64,000 nucleotides of DNA from Pseudomonadota bacterium (GTDB lineage: Bacteria; Pseudomonadota; Gammaproteobacteria; Burkholderiales; Thiobacteraceae): positions 12,512 to 76,511 of the forward strand of contig JAKANO010000007.1 of NCBI GenBank assembly GCA_021812385.1, in the 5' to 3' direction. This document shows, piece by piece, positions 8,698 through 18,989 of the stretch (its first letter is position 1; every line of letters starts with the position of its first letter). Position numbers and translations under genes: made by a program. The notes under the pieces were generated by a model. The model was given only the letters and a program-made list of their open reading frames with translations, searched no databases and was not told the origin of the DNA.

Positions 8698-9638
8698 GCT
8701 CGCCATTGGAACAGATGCAGGCCGACGTCGTCCTGATCGTGGACGACGTGCCGGAAAATCTTTCCTTGCTGCACGATGCCTTGGACGAGGCCGGGTACAC
8801 CGTGTTGGTGGCCACCAATGGCGAAAGCGCCTTGCAGCGCGCGCGCCAAAGCCTGGCCGATGTGATCTTGCTCGACGCCGTGATGCCGGGCATGGACGGC
8901 TTCGAAGTGGCGCGGCGCTTGAAGGCGGATTTTGTAACGCAGCATATTCCGATTGTATTCATGACCGGCCTGACCGAGACCGAGCATGTGGTCGCCGCCT
9001 TCGCCGCCGGCGGCGCCGATTATGTGACCAAGCCGATCAAGCCGCAGGAAGTGCTGGCGCGCATCGCCGCCCACATGCAGAACGCGCGCCAGATCAAGCA
9101 AGCGCGCACCGCTTTGGACGCCATCGGCCAAGCCACATTGGCGGTGCGCGCATCCGATGGCCGGCTCATCTGGCAGACACCTTTGGCGCGCGCCCTGCTC
9201 AATACCTATTTCAATATCGACTGCGAGCAAGCGCCGGCGCAGTTGTTGACTTGGATTGCGGATGCGCAGCGCGCCATCCAAGAAGAACGCACGCCGCCGG
9301 TGCTCATGTCCACCGAAACCCGCCGCCTGTTCGCCAGCCTGCACAGTAGCCAGGAACGCGAAGGCGAATGGCTGCTGCACCTGCATGAAGAAAACCACGC
9401 GGCCATCCTGGAGGCCTTGGTATCGGCGTTCCAGCTCACCACGCGCGAAGCCGAGGTGTTGTACTGGGTGAGCAAAGGCAAAATCAACAAAGACATCGGC
9501 GAAATCCTCGGCACCAGCCCGCGCACCGTCAATAAGCACCTGGAGCATGTGTTCCAAAAGCTCGGGGTGGAGACACGCACGGCGGCGGCAAATCTGGCGA
9601 TTGGGCGCGTGTCCAGGATTCGATCGGGCGCGGCCTAG
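8694..9638 (+). CDS. response regulator, REC + LuxR-type HTH
   Basis: ATG at 8694 overlaps the kinase stop (ATGA). REC VLIVDDVPENL...LLDAVMPGMDGFEV...TKP. C-terminal LTTREAEVLYWVSKGKINKDIGEILGTSPRTVNKHLEHVFQKLGV. Confidence 0.85.
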   Translation: MSSPLEQMQADVVLIVDDVPENLSLLHDALDEAGYTVLVATNGESALQRARQSLADVILLDAVMPGMDGFEVARRLKADFVTQHIPIVFMTGLTETEHVVAAFAAGGADYVTKPIKPQEVLARIAAHMQNARQIKQARTALDAIGQATLAVRASDGRLIWQTPLARALLNTYFNIDCEQAPAQLLTWIADAQRAIQEERTPPVLMSTETRRLFASLHSSQEREGEWLLHLHEENHAAILEALVSAFQLTTREAEVLYWVSKGKINKDIGEILGTSPRTVNKHLEHVFQKLGVETRTAAANLAIGRVSRIRSGAA

Positions 9639-9783
9639 GCATCGGTGCGCGCAGGGTGTCACGATGCGCTACGAAGCCCCTGATTTCCCATCTACGTAAT
9701 CTGACGTATTCAACCCCGCGCACCATCCAACTAAGCTCACTGGGAAGTTTAAATTTCCCCCCGACCCAAGGAGCTTATTCAAA

Positions 9784-11049
9784 ATGATAAATCGCCGTTC
9801 CATTCTTAAAGCAACCGCGCTGACCACGATGCTCGCCTGCGCGGGAATATTCACTGTTCCAGCATTCGCCGCCGATACCATCAAGGTCGGCATTCTGCAT
9901 TCGCTATCGGGCACGATGGCCATTTCCGAGACCGCGCTGAAAGAAACCGCGCTCATGACCATCGCCGATATCAACGCGCATGGCGGTGTGCTGGGCAAGA
10001 AGCTGGAGCCGGTGGTGGTTGATCCGGCCTCGAACTGGCCGCTGTTCGCCGAGAAGGCGCGCCAGCTGCTGACCCAGGACAAGGTTGCCGTGGTGTTCGG
10101 CTGCTGGACTTCGGTGTCGCGCAAATCGGTGTTGCCGGTGTTCAAGGAATTGAACGGCTTGCTGTTCTATCCGGTGCAATACGAGGGCGAAGAGCTGGAG
10201 AAAAATGTGTTCTATACCGGCGCCGCGCCAAATCAGCAAGCCATCCCGGCGGTTGAGTATTTGATGAGCAAGGACGGCGGTTCCGCCAAGCGTTTCGTGC
10301 TGCTCGGCACCGACTATGTGTATCCGCGCACCACCAACAAAATCCTGCGCGCGTTCTTGCACAGCAAAGGCGTGGCCGACGCGGACATCATGGAAGAGTA
10401 CACGCCGTTCGGTCACAGCGATTACCAAACCATCATCGCCAAGATCAAGAAGTTCGCCTCGGAAGGCAAGAAGACCGCCGTGGTCTCCACCATCAACGGC
10501 GACTCCAATGTGCCGTTCTACAAAGAGCTGGGCAATGCCGGCCTGAAGGCGACGAGCGTGCCGGTGGTTGCATTCTCGGTGGGTGAGGAAGAGTTGCGCG
10601 GCGTGGATACCAAGCCGCTGGTGGGTGAGCTGGCCGCCTGGAACTATTTCGAATCGATCAAAAATCCGACCAATACCGCCTTCATCAAGATGTACAAGGA
10701 CTGGGCTAAGAAGCAGAAGTTGCCCAAGGCCGACACGGCGGTGACCAACGATCCGATGGAAGCCACGTATATCGGCATCCATATGTGGAAGCAAGCGGTG
10801 GAAAAAGCCAAGAGCACGGATGTGAATAAAGTCATCGCGGCGATGGCCGGCCAGACCTTCAAGGCGCCGTCGGGCTTTACCGTGATGATGGATCCAAAGA
10901 ACCATCACTTGCACAAGCCGGTGTTCATCGGCGAAGTGAAGGCGGATGGGCAGTTCAACGTGGTGTGGAAGACCAAGGGCCCGATCAAGGCCGAGCCTTG
11001 GAGCCCCTACATCCCGGGTAACGACAAGAAAAAAGGCGAGCCGGAATAA
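9784..11049 (+). CDS. urtA: urea ABC transporter substrate-binding protein
   Basis: 421 aa. Signal peptide with an RRSILKATA motif (Tat-like?), then DTIKVGILHSLSGTMAISE typical of UrtA. AAGGAG RBS upstream. Followed by urtBCDE. Confidence 0.95.
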   Translation: MINRRSILKATALTTMLACAGIFTVPAFAADTIKVGILHSLSGTMAISETALKETALMTIADINAHGGVLGKKLEPVVVDPASNWPLFAEKARQLLTQDKVAVVFGCWTSVSRKSVLPVFKELNGLLFYPVQYEGEELEKNVFYTGAAPNQQAIPAVEYLMSKDGGSAKRFVLLGTDYVYPRTTNKILRAFLHSKGVADADIMEEYTPFGHSDYQTIIAKIKKFASEGKKTAVVSTINGDSNVPFYKELGNAGLKATSVPVVAFSVGEEELRGVDTKPLVGELAAWNYFESIKNPTNTAFIKMYKDWAKKQKLPKADTAVTNDPMEATYIGIHMWKQAVEKAKSTDVNKVIAAMAGQTFKAPSGFTVMMDPKNHHLHKPVFIGEVKADGQFNVVWKTKGPIKAEPWSPYIPGNDKKKGEPE

Positions 11050-11056
11050 GCGGCTG

Positions 11057-11086
11057 CCCCCACACGGGCGACCGTGTGGGGTTTTC
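11057..11086 (+). terminator. stem-loop plus T-run after urtA (likely attenuating terminator)
   Basis: cccccacacgg-gcga-ccgtgtgggg followed by ttttc. Fits the common excess of binding-protein mRNA over permease mRNA. Confidence 0.5.
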
Positions 11087-11140
11087 GCAGCAGGAAATGC
11101 TTCGCAACGTCGTTCAACCTTTGGCTGCAATTCATTCTCA

Positions 11141-12721
11141 ATGCGCATTCTTTGGATCTTATTTTTTCTCGCGAGTTGGTATTCGGGTGCAGCCCAGGCC
11201 GCGCTTGATCCTGCTGTGCTGCGGCAATTGGCCGATGACGATTCCGACGTCAAGATCGCGGCCATTCAGCAAATCGCGCAAAGCGCCGATCCCTTGGCGG
11301 AACGCGTATTAAAAGCTTTGGCGGACGATGGCTTAGCCGTCGTCGATACGAAAATTCTCATACTCGAAGACGAGCAGGCCGTCGATGCCGCGACCGGCGC
11401 TGCGGTGGTGCCGGCGCCGGAGAACCCGGACACCATCGTCGTCAATAATCGTGTGCGCAGTGCGCTGAATGCCGCGCTCGCCGCGCTCAATTTGTTCAAC
11501 CCGGATCGCGCTACGCGCTTCAGTGCAACACGGGCGCTGGCGCAAAGCGCGGACGCCAGTATCGCACCCTTGCTCACGCGCGCTTTGCAGCAGGAAAAAG
11601 ATCCCGAGATCAAAGAGCAATTGACCGAAGTATTGGCTTTTGCCAATTTGCAAAATGCCGACGCGGCAGTGCGTCTCGCGGCCGTCAAGACCTTGGGCGC
11701 CAGCAGTCGGCCCAATGTGAGAAACGCCCTGGAAGCGCAGCTGAGCACGGAATCTGTGGAAGCCGTGCGGATCGCGATTCAAGCCAGCCTGCGCGCGATC
11801 GATGGGCGCATCGCGCTCGGCGAGCAAGTCGGACGGATTTTCTCCGGCATCAGCTTGGGTAGCGTGCTGTTGCTCGCGGCGCTGGGTTTGGCGATCACCT
11901 ACGGCGTGATGGGCGTGATCAATATGGCGCATGGCGAGCTGCTGATGATCGGCGCCTATGCCACCTACGCGGTGCAAAGCGCGTTCCGCCATTATTTTCC
12001 CGCCGCGCTGGATTGGTATGTCTTGGCGGCGATCCCGGTGGCCTTTTTCAGCGCCGCGCTGGTCGGCATCTTGATGGAGCGCACGGTGATCCGCTGGCTG
12101 TATGGCCGCACGCTGGAAACCTTGCTGGCGACCTGGGGCCTGTCGCTGATCTTGATCCAGAGCGCACGCGTTATCTTCGGCGCGCAAAACGTGGAAGTGT
12201 CCAACCCGAGTTGGATGTCGGGCGGGGTAAGCGTCGTGAGCAATCTGGTGCTGCCGTGGAACCGCATCATCATCATCGGCTTTGCGTTGTTCGTATTGCT
12301 GCTGGTGTGGGTGTTGTTGAATCGCACGCGGTTGGGCATGTTCGTGCGCGCCGTGACGCAAAATCGCCCGATGGCGAGCTGCGTCGGCGTCCCCACCGGG
12401 CGCATTGATAGCCTGGCGTTTGGCCTCGGCGCGGGCATCGCCGGGCTGGGCGGCGTCGCGCTGTCGCAAATCTCCAATGTCGGCCCAGATATGGGGCAGG
12501 GCTACATTGTCGATTCTTTCATGGTGGTGGTGCTCGGCGGCGTCGGCCAGTTGGCCGGTTCCGTGTGGGCGGCGCTCGGCTTGGGTGTAGTGACCAAGTT
12601 CCTGGAAGGCTGGGCGGGTGCCGTGATCGCCAAGATCGCGGTGTTGATTTTCATCATTATCTTCATCCAAAAACGCCCGCAAGGTTTATTCGCGCTGAAA
12701 GGTCGCTTTGTCGAAAACTGA
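11141..12721 (+). CDS. urtB: urea ABC transporter permease with long N-terminal extension
   Basis: Start at MRILWILFFLASW (signal-like). About 230 aa of helical-repeat-like sequence, then the LivH-type permease core (GVINMAHGELLMIGAY). Confidence 0.88.
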   Translation: MRILWILFFLASWYSGAAQAALDPAVLRQLADDDSDVKIAAIQQIAQSADPLAERVLKALADDGLAVVDTKILILEDEQAVDAATGAAVVPAPENPDTIVVNNRVRSALNAALAALNLFNPDRATRFSATRALAQSADASIAPLLTRALQQEKDPEIKEQLTEVLAFANLQNADAAVRLAAVKTLGASSRPNVRNALEAQLSTESVEAVRIAIQASLRAIDGRIALGEQVGRIFSGISLGSVLLLAALGLAITYGVMGVINMAHGELLMIGAYATYAVQSAFRHYFPAALDWYVLAAIPVAFFSAALVGILMERTVIRWLYGRTLETLLATWGLSLILIQSARVIFGAQNVEVSNPSWMSGGVSVVSNLVLPWNRIIIIGFALFVLLLVWVLLNRTRLGMFVRAVTQNRPMASCVGVPTGRIDSLAFGLGAGIAGLGGVALSQISNVGPDMGQGYIVDSFMVVVLGGVGQLAGSVWAALGLGVVTKFLEGWAGAVIAKIAVLIFIIIFIQKRPQGLFALKGRFVEN

Positions 12722-12722
12722 T

Positions 12723-13835
12723 ATGGCCCAGCGCATCCCTTTCACCCTGCGTTTTCTGCAAGCCACCAGCAAGTCCGGCTGGATCGCGCTCGGCGTGTTT
12801 GCGCTGATTACGCTGGTGCTGCTTCCCTTGGCGCACTTGGCTTTACCGGCAGGCCATCCCTTGCATGTCTCGGACTACGTCATCACCTTGGGCGGAAAAA
12901 TTTTGTGCTACGCCATCGTAGCGGTGGCGATGGATATGATCTGGGGCTTTGCCGGCATCCTGTCGCTGGGGCATGGCGTGTTCTTCGCGCTCGGCGGCTA
13001 CGCCTTCGGCATGTATCTGATGCGCAGCATCGGGCTCGACGGGGTTTACCATTCCAATCTGCCCGACTTCATGGTGTTCCTGGATTGGAAGGCCTTGCCT
13101 TGGTATTGGCAGGGCACGCAATATTTTCTCTGGGCCGTGGTGTTGGTGTTGCTGGTGCCTGCGCTGCTGGCCTTCGTATTCGGCTATTTCGCTTTCCGCT
13201 CGCGCATCAAGGGTGTTTACTTTTCCATCATCACCCAAGCCATGACGTACGCGGCCATGCTGTATTTCTTCCGCAATGAAACCGGCTTCGGCGGCAACAA
13301 TGGCTTCACCGATTTCAAGCGCATTTTGGGTTATTCGATTTCCGCGCCCGGGACGCGTGTCACGCTGTTTGCCTTATCGGCCTTGATGCTGATGTTCACG
13401 CTGGTGTTGGGGCGTTATCTCATCGGCTCGAAATTCGGCCGGGTACTGACCGCGATTCGCGATGCCGAATCGCGCGTGATGTTCATCGGCTACAACCCGC
13501 TGTGGTACAAATTATTTGTTTGGACGCTGTCCGCCGTGTTGTGCGCCGTTGCCGGCGCCTTGTATGTGCCGCAAGTCGGCATTATTAATCCGAGCGAAAT
13601 GTCCCCGGCGAATTCGATCGAGATCGCCATCTGGGTCGCGGTGGGCGGGCGCGGCACCTTGATCGGCCCGGTGATCGGCGCCTTCCTGGTCAATCTTTCC
13701 AAAAGCTGGTTCACCATGGCCTTTCCGGAGTACTGGCTGTTCTTCCTCGGCTTGATTTTTGTGCTGGTGACCTTGTTCTTGCCACAAGGCGTGGTGGGAA
13801 TTTGGCGCCGTATGCGCGGGCAGGCTAAATCATGA
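12723..13835 (+). CDS. urtC: urea ABC transporter permease
   Basis: LivM-type permease. ATG at 12723 lies just after the urtB stop. The track's earlier start at 12708 is TTG. Confidence 0.9.
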   Translation: MAQRIPFTLRFLQATSKSGWIALGVFALITLVLLPLAHLALPAGHPLHVSDYVITLGGKILCYAIVAVAMDMIWGFAGILSLGHGVFFALGGYAFGMYLMRSIGLDGVYHSNLPDFMVFLDWKALPWYWQGTQYFLWAVVLVLLVPALLAFVFGYFAFRSRIKGVYFSIITQAMTYAAMLYFFRNETGFGGNNGFTDFKRILGYSISAPGTRVTLFALSALMLMFTLVLGRYLIGSKFGRVLTAIRDAESRVMFIGYNPLWYKLFVWTLSAVLCAVAGALYVPQVGIINPSEMSPANSIEIAIWVAVGGRGTLIGPVIGAFLVNLSKSWFTMAFPEYWLFFLGLIFVLVTLFLPQGVVGIWRRMRGQAKS

Positions 13836-14629
13836 GCGATCCGAATATTGGCACGGGGCATTTTTATGTCGAGGGCGAGGTCGATCTAACGCATCACGTC
13901 ATCCTGTATTTGGAAGACATTTCCGTTTCCTTCGACGGCTTCAAGGCGCTCAACAATTTATCGCTCACCATCGACGATAAAGAACTGCGCTGCATTATCG
14001 GCCCCAACGGCGCCGGTAAGACCACCATGATGGACGTGGTGACCGGTAAAACCCGCCCCGATTCGGGAACGGCATTTTTCGGGCAGACCATGGATCTCAC
14101 CCAATTGTCGGAAGCGGAAATCGCGCACTTGGGCATCGGCCGGAAATTCCAAAAGCCCACCGTGTTCGAGCAACACACGGTATTCGAGAATCTCGAATTG
14201 GCGATGAAAACCGACAAGCGCGCCTGGCGCAGCTTGTTCGCGCAGTTGGACGATGCGCAACGCGACCGTATCGCCGACACCCTGCGTTTAATTCGTCTGG
14301 ACCAGCAAGCCGATCGCCTCGCCGGGCTGCTATCGCATGGGCAAAAGCAGTGGCTGGAGATCGGCATGCTGCTGGTGCAAGAGCCCAAACTGCTGTTGTT
14401 GGATGAGCCGGTCGCCGGCATGACCGACGACGAAACCGCGCGCACCGCCGAGCTGTTCAAGTCGCTGGCGGGGCAGCATTCGCTCGTCGTCGTCGAACAC
14501 GATATGTCTTTCATCGAACAGCTCGGCGGCAAGGTGACCGTGCTGCACGAAGGTGCGGTATTGGCTGAAGGCGATTTGGCCACGGTGCAAAACGATCAAC
14601 GCGTGATCGAAGTTTATCTGGGGCGCTAA
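13832..14629 (+). CDS. urtD: urea ABC transporter ATP-binding protein
   Basis: Walker A GPNGAGKTT, signature LSHGQKQWLEIG, Walker B LLLLDEP. Confidence 0.92.
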   Translation: MSDPNIGTGHFYVEGEVDLTHHVILYLEDISVSFDGFKALNNLSLTIDDKELRCIIGPNGAGKTTMMDVVTGKTRPDSGTAFFGQTMDLTQLSEAEIAHLGIGRKFQKPTVFEQHTVFENLELAMKTDKRAWRSLFAQLDDAQRDRIADTLRLIRLDQQADRLAGLLSHGQKQWLEIGMLLVQEPKLLLLDEPVAGMTDDETARTAELFKSLAGQHSLVVVEHDMSFIEQLGGKVTVLHEGAVLAEGDLATVQNDQRVIEVYLGR

Positions 14630-14631
14630 GC

Positions 14632-15324
14632 ATGCTGGTCGTGAACAACCTCAATCAATTCTACGGCGGCAGCCATATCTTGCGCGACTTGTCGTTCGAT
14701 GTGCCGACAGGCCAGGTCACGACTTTGCTCGGGCGCAACGGGGTCGGCAAGTCGACCTTGTTGAAATGCTTGATGGGCCTGGTGCCGGCGGCGACCGGCA
14801 GCGTCATGCTGGATGGCAAGTATCTCACGCAGAGCGCTTCGCATCAGCGGGTGCGCGCCGGTATCGGCTATGTGCCGCAAGGGCGCGAAATATTTCCGCG
14901 CCTCACGGTGCACGAAAACTTGCTGATGGGCTTGGCCGCCAAGCCGGCGCGCACGGCCTTGCCGGAACGCATTTTCGAGATGTTTCCGGTGCTCAAAAAA
15001 ATGCTCAAGCGCCGCGGCGGCGATTTGTCCGGCGGGCAGCAGCAACAGCTGGCCATCGGCCGCGCCCTGGCCGCTTCGCCCAAATTGCTGATCCTGGATG
15101 AGCCGACCGAGGGCATACAACCCTCCATCATCAAGGATATCGAACGCGCGATCCGGCTCTTGGTGGAGGACGGCAGCATGACGATTTTGTTGGTGGAGCA
15201 GTACTACGACTTCGCGCAAGCGCTCTCCAGCCAATATTTGCTGATGGAGCGCGGCGAATTTATCAAACGCGGCGCCGGTGCGGATATGGATCGCGACGGC
15301 GTGCGCGAGCTGCTGGCGGTATGA
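14632..15324 (+). CDS. urtE: urea ABC transporter ATP-binding protein
   Basis: Walker A GRNGVGKST, signature LSGGQQQQLAIGRAL, Walker B LLILDEP. Confidence 0.92.
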   Translation: MLVVNNLNQFYGGSHILRDLSFDVPTGQVTTLLGRNGVGKSTLLKCLMGLVPAATGSVMLDGKYLTQSASHQRVRAGIGYVPQGREIFPRLTVHENLLMGLAAKPARTALPERIFEMFPVLKKMLKRRGGDLSGGQQQQLAIGRALAASPKLLILDEPTEGIQPSIIKDIERAIRLLVEDGSMTILLVEQYYDFAQALSSQYLLMERGEFIKRGAGADMDRDGVRELLAV

Positions 15325-15331
15325 GGCGCAC

Positions 15332-16177
15332 ATGCTAATTGAACCGGTACCTCTACAAGGCTGGCGCGCAGAGCTGGCGCTGCGCTTTGCGCGGCGCGCA
15401 TCGGCCACGCTGCTCAGCGAGCGTCGGCACCGCGGCCCGCTGCGCGTGCAGAAGGCGCTGTATCCCGAAGGCGATTCGGTGTGCCACGCCATCGTGCTGC
15501 ACCCGCCCTCGGGGATTGTCGGTGGCGACGAACTGGCCATTCAGCTCACGCTGGAAGCGCAAGCGCATGCGCTGCTGACCACGCCGGGCGCGGGCAAGTG
15601 GTATCGCTCGGCGGGGCCGTGGGCCAGCCAGCATTGCCAATTCGAGGTGGCGGCGGGGGCGTGTTTGGAGTGGCTGCCGCAAGAGACGATATTTTTTAGT
15701 GGCTGTAATGCCGCGATCAGCAGCGAGATTCGGCTGGCCGAAGGTGCGCGCTATCTCGGTTGGGATGCCTGGTGCCTGGGACGCAGCGCTTCGGGCGAAC
15801 GCTTCACGCAAGGCGCTGTGCACAATCGCAGCGCGATTTATTTGGACGATGCCTTGCTGTGGCACGAGCAAGGTCAGTTGCGCGGCGGTTCCAGTTTCAT
15901 GGATTCGCCCGCCGGGCTGGCGGGCCGCAGCGTGTGCGTCACGCTGTATGCGGCGGGCGCGGATATCGATCCGGCATTGCTCGCGGCTTGCCGCGCCATC
16001 GCGCCGCAAGAAAGCACGGCGCTGGTTGGCGTCACGTGTCTGCCCAAATTAGTCGTGGCGCGCTATCTCGGCCATGTGGCCGAAGCGGCGCGCAATTGGC
16101 TGTTCGATTTGTGGTGCTTGCTGCGGCCGGTGTTTGCCGGCCGTGCCGCCGTTTCTCCGCGCATCTGGAGTACTTGA
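15332..16177 (+). CDS. ureD: urease accessory protein UreD
   Basis: Starts MLIEPVPLQGWRAELALRF. Contains RVQKALYPEGDSVCHAIVLHPPSGIVGGD, typical of UreD/UreH. Sits directly before ureA. Confidence 0.85.
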   Translation: MLIEPVPLQGWRAELALRFARRASATLLSERRHRGPLRVQKALYPEGDSVCHAIVLHPPSGIVGGDELAIQLTLEAQAHALLTTPGAGKWYRSAGPWASQHCQFEVAAGACLEWLPQETIFFSGCNAAISSEIRLAEGARYLGWDAWCLGRSASGERFTQGAVHNRSAIYLDDALLWHEQGQLRGGSSFMDSPAGLAGRSVCVTLYAAGADIDPALLAACRAIAPQESTALVGVTCLPKLVVARYLGHVAEAARNWLFDLWCLLRPVFAGRAAVSPRIWST

Positions 16178-16180
16178 ATC

Positions 16181-16483
16181 ATGGAACTGACCCCACGTGA
16201 AAAAGACAAGCTGCTGATCTTCACCGCCGCGTTGCTCGCGGAGCGGCGCCGCGCGCGCGGCCTGAAACTGAATTACCCGGAAGCCGTCGCCTTCATCAGC
16301 GCCGCCATCATGGAAGGCGCGCGCGATGGCCAGAGCGTGGCGGAACTGATGAGTGCCGGCACGACGCTGCTGACGCGCGACGAAGTGATGCAAGGCGTGC
16401 CGGAGATGATTCCGGACATACAGGTCGAGGCGACGTTTCCCGACGGCACGAAATTAGTCACGGTGCACCACCCGATTGTATAA
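16181..16483 (+). CDS. ureA: urease subunit gamma
   Basis: [37 protein letters not shown], 100 aa. Confidence 0.96.
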   Translation: MELTPREKDKLLIFTAALLAERRRARGLKLNYPEAVAFISAAIMEGARDGQSVAELMSAGTTLLTRDEVMQGVPEMIPDIQVEATFPDGTKLVTVHHPIV

Positions 16484-16501
16484 GTGATGAGAGAGATAGC
16501 C

Positions 16502-16810
16502 ATGATCCCAGGTGAATTCGACATCGTAGCCGGCGACATCGAACTGAATGTCGGGCGTGCGCTGACCACCATCACGGTGGCCAATAGCGGCGACCGGCCG
16601 ATTCAAGTCGGCTCGCATTATCACTTCTACGAGACCAACGCCGCCTTGTCGTTTCCGCGCGAACAGGCGCGCGGCATGCGCCTGAATATCGCCGCCGGCA
16701 CGGCGGTGCGTTTCGAGCCGGGACAGACGCGCACGGTGGAGTTGATCGCCCTGGGCGGCAAGCGCTACGTGTATGGCTTTGCCGGCAAGATCATGGGGGC
16801 GCTGGAATGA
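16502..16810 (+). CDS. ureB: urease subunit beta
   Basis: [19 protein letters not shown]...[11 protein letters not shown]. Canonical start chosen over the upstream in-frame ATG at 16484. Confidence 0.95.
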   Translation: MIPGEFDIVAGDIELNVGRALTTITVANSGDRPIQVGSHYHFYETNAALSFPREQARGMRLNIAAGTAVRFEPGQTRTVELIALGGKRYVYGFAGKIMGALE

Positions 16811-18501
16811 AAATATCGCGCCAGGCCTATGCGGAAATGTTCGGGCCGACGGTCGGCGATCGGGTGCGCTTGGCCGATACCGAACTGTGGATCGAGGTCG
16901 AAGCCGACTACACGGTGTATGGCGAGGAAGTGAAATTCGGCGGCGGCAAGGTGATACGCGACGGCATGGGGCAAGGCCAAGGCCTATCCGGCGAGGTGGC
17001 GGACACGGTGATCACCAATGCCTTGATCGTCGATCACTGGGGCATTATCAAGGCCGATGTCGGTATCAAACATGGCCGCATTTGCGCCATCGGCAAGGCC
17101 GGCAATCCGGACATTCAACCGGGCGTGACGATTCTGATCGGCGCCGGCACGGAGATCATCGCCGGCGAAGGCATGCTGCTCACCGCCGGCGGCATCGATT
17201 CGCACATTCACTTTATTTGTCCGCAGCAAATCGATGAAGCCTTGATGTCCGGCGTCACCACCATGCTGGGCGGCGGCACCGGGCCTGCCACCGGCACTTA
17301 CGCCACCACTTGCACGCCCGGTCCTTGGCATATTTTTTCCATGCTCAATGCGGCGGAAGCATTTCCGATGAACCTGGGCTTTCTCGGCAAGGGCAATGCC
17401 TCCTTGCCCGGCCCGCTGCGCGAACAAGTCGAGGCCGGCGCCATCGGCTTGAAACTGCATGAGGATTGGGGCACCACGCCGGCCGCCATCGACAACTGCC
17501 TGAACGTGGCGGAGGAGATGGATGTGCAAGTGGCGATCCATTCCGACACGCTGAATGAATCGGGCTTTGTCGAAACCACGCTGGCGGCGTTCAAGGATCG
17601 CACTATCCATACCTACCACACCGAAGGCGCGGGCGGCGGGCATGCGCCGGACATCATCAAGGCGGCGGGCTACGCCAATGTGCTGCCGTCTTCCACCAAT
17701 CCGACGCGGCCGTATACGGTGAACACCATCGACGAGCATCTCGACATGCTGATGGTGTGCCACCATCTCGATCCGTCGATCGCCGAAGACATCGCCTTCG
17801 CCGAATCGCGCATCCGCCGCGAGACCATCGCCGCCGAAGATATCCTGCACGACTTGGGCGCGTTTTCCATGATGTCCTCCGACTCGCAGGCCATGGGCCG
17901 GGTGGGCGAGGTGATCATCCGCACCTGGCAAACCGCGCACAAGATGAAAGTGCAGCGCGGCGCATTGGCCGAGGATACGGCGCGCAACGACAACTTCCGC
18001 GTCAAACGCTATCTCGCCAAATACACCATCAACCCGGCTATCACGCATGGCATCAGCCATGTCGTCGGCTCCATCGCGGTGGGTAAGCTTGCCGATCTGG
18101 TGTTGTGGAAGCCGGCTTTTTTCGGCGTGAAGCCCTCCTTGATCATCAAGGGCGGCATGATCGCCGCCGCCGCCATGGGCGACCCCAATGCTTCGATCCC
18201 GACGCCGCAGCCGGTGCACTACCGTCCCATGTTCGGCGCCTTCGGCACGCAGCGCACGGCGCTGACGTTTGTGTCGCAAGCCGGTTTGAAAAATCCCGCA
18301 CTGCAAGCCTTGGGCCTGAAGCGACCGCTGGAAGCGGTACGCGCCACGCGCAATATTAAGAAGCAAGACATGGTGCACAACCACGCTTTGCCGCATATCG
18401 AAGTCGATGCCGAAACCTATGCGGTGCGTGCCGATGGCGAGTTGCTGGTGTGCGAACCGGCACAAGTGCTGCCGCTGGCGCAGCGTTACTTTTTATTTTA
18501 A
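16807..18501 (+). CDS. ureC: urease subunit alpha
   Basis: 564 aa with [38 protein letters not shown] and MVCHHL motifs. Confidence 0.97.
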   Translation: MKISRQAYAEMFGPTVGDRVRLADTELWIEVEADYTVYGEEVKFGGGKVIRDGMGQGQGLSGEVADTVITNALIVDHWGIIKADVGIKHGRICAIGKAGNPDIQPGVTILIGAGTEIIAGEGMLLTAGGIDSHIHFICPQQIDEALMSGVTTMLGGGTGPATGTYATTCTPGPWHIFSMLNAAEAFPMNLGFLGKGNASLPGPLREQVEAGAIGLKLHEDWGTTPAAIDNCLNVAEEMDVQVAIHSDTLNESGFVETTLAAFKDRTIHTYHTEGAGGGHAPDIIKAAGYANVLPSSTNPTRPYTVNTIDEHLDMLMVCHHLDPSIAEDIAFAESRIRRETIAAEDILHDLGAFSMMSSDSQAMGRVGEVIIRTWQTAHKMKVQRGALAEDTARNDNFRVKRYLAKYTINPAITHGISHVVGSIAVGKLADLVLWKPAFFGVKPSLIIKGGMIAAAAMGDPNASIPTPQPVHYRPMFGAFGTQRTALTFVSQAGLKNPALQALGLKRPLEAVRATRNIKKQDMVHNHALPHIEVDAETYAVRADGELLVCEPAQVLPLAQRYFLF

Positions 18502-18503
18502 TC

Positions 18504-18989
18504 ATGCTGATCCTCGAACAACTTGCTCCCGCCGATGCCACCGCCACTGAACGCGTGGTGCTGACATTCGACTTGCGTTGCAAATGCCGCTTGCGCACGC
18601 ACACGGCGACAGGCGAAGACGTAGGCTTGTTTGTCGCGCGCGGCAGCGTGCTGCGGCACGGCGATAAGTTGGCTGCGCAGGATGGGCGCATCGCCGAAAT
18701 CATCGCCGCTCCGGAATGTTTAATCGAGGTGTCTAGCGCAGATCCCTTGCTGCTGGCGCGCGCCGCTTACCACTTGGGAAACCGGCATGTGGCGGTGCAA
18801 GTGGGCGCGGGCTGGCTGCGTTTTGCCAGCGATCATGTGTTGCGGGATATGGTGCTCGGCCTCGGTTTGGCGGTGTCCGACATCACCGCGCCATTCTCGC
18901 CCGAGTCCGGCGCCTACGGCCACGGGCACACGCATGGCGGGACGACGAGTGCCAGCGCCAAATTACATTTGTTCCGGGGGCCGGCATGA
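18504..18989 (+). CDS. ureE: urease accessory protein UreE
   Basis: Start at MLILEQL, directly after the ureC stop. C-terminal His-rich GHGHTHGG. Confidence 0.85.
   Translation: MLILEQLAPADATATERVVLTFDLRCKCRLRTHTATGEDVGLFVARGSVLRHGDKLAAQDGRIAEIIAAPECLIEVSSADPLLLARAAYHLGNRHVAVQVGAGWLRFASDHVLRDMVLGLGLAVSDITAPFSPESGAYGHGHTHGGTTSASAKLHLFRGPA

Noticed and set aside
10946-11140. Upstream extensions offered by the ORF track for urtB (10946), the response regulator (8406), ureD (15278), ureB (16484), ureE (18450), ureJ (20237), yajD (48959), cbbQ (28825), the SHOCT protein (1878) and the 35521 ORF.
   Set aside because: The extensions overlap the preceding gene or read through intergenic repeats with Arg-rich junk sequence. 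Internal ATG starts match homologue N-termini, sit right after the upstream stop codon, or have a clear RBS (the SHOCT and cbbQ starts).
9904-11265. 453 aa minus-strand ORF antisense to urtA. Similar long antisense ORFs: 11333..12682 (anti-urtB), 16984..18465 (anti-ureC), 29006..30412 (anti-cbbM), 31850..33787 (anti-terC/htpX), 40189..41637 (anti-cbbL), 60093..61358 (anti-tkt), 54464..55441 (anti-fba), 58326..59387 (anti-gap), 46292..47110 (anti-metK).
   Set aside because: The opposite strand encodes unmistakable conserved proteins. The antisense products are Arg/Gly/His/Ala-rich and low-complexity, as expected from open antisense frames in high-GC DNA. They have no RBS or motifs.
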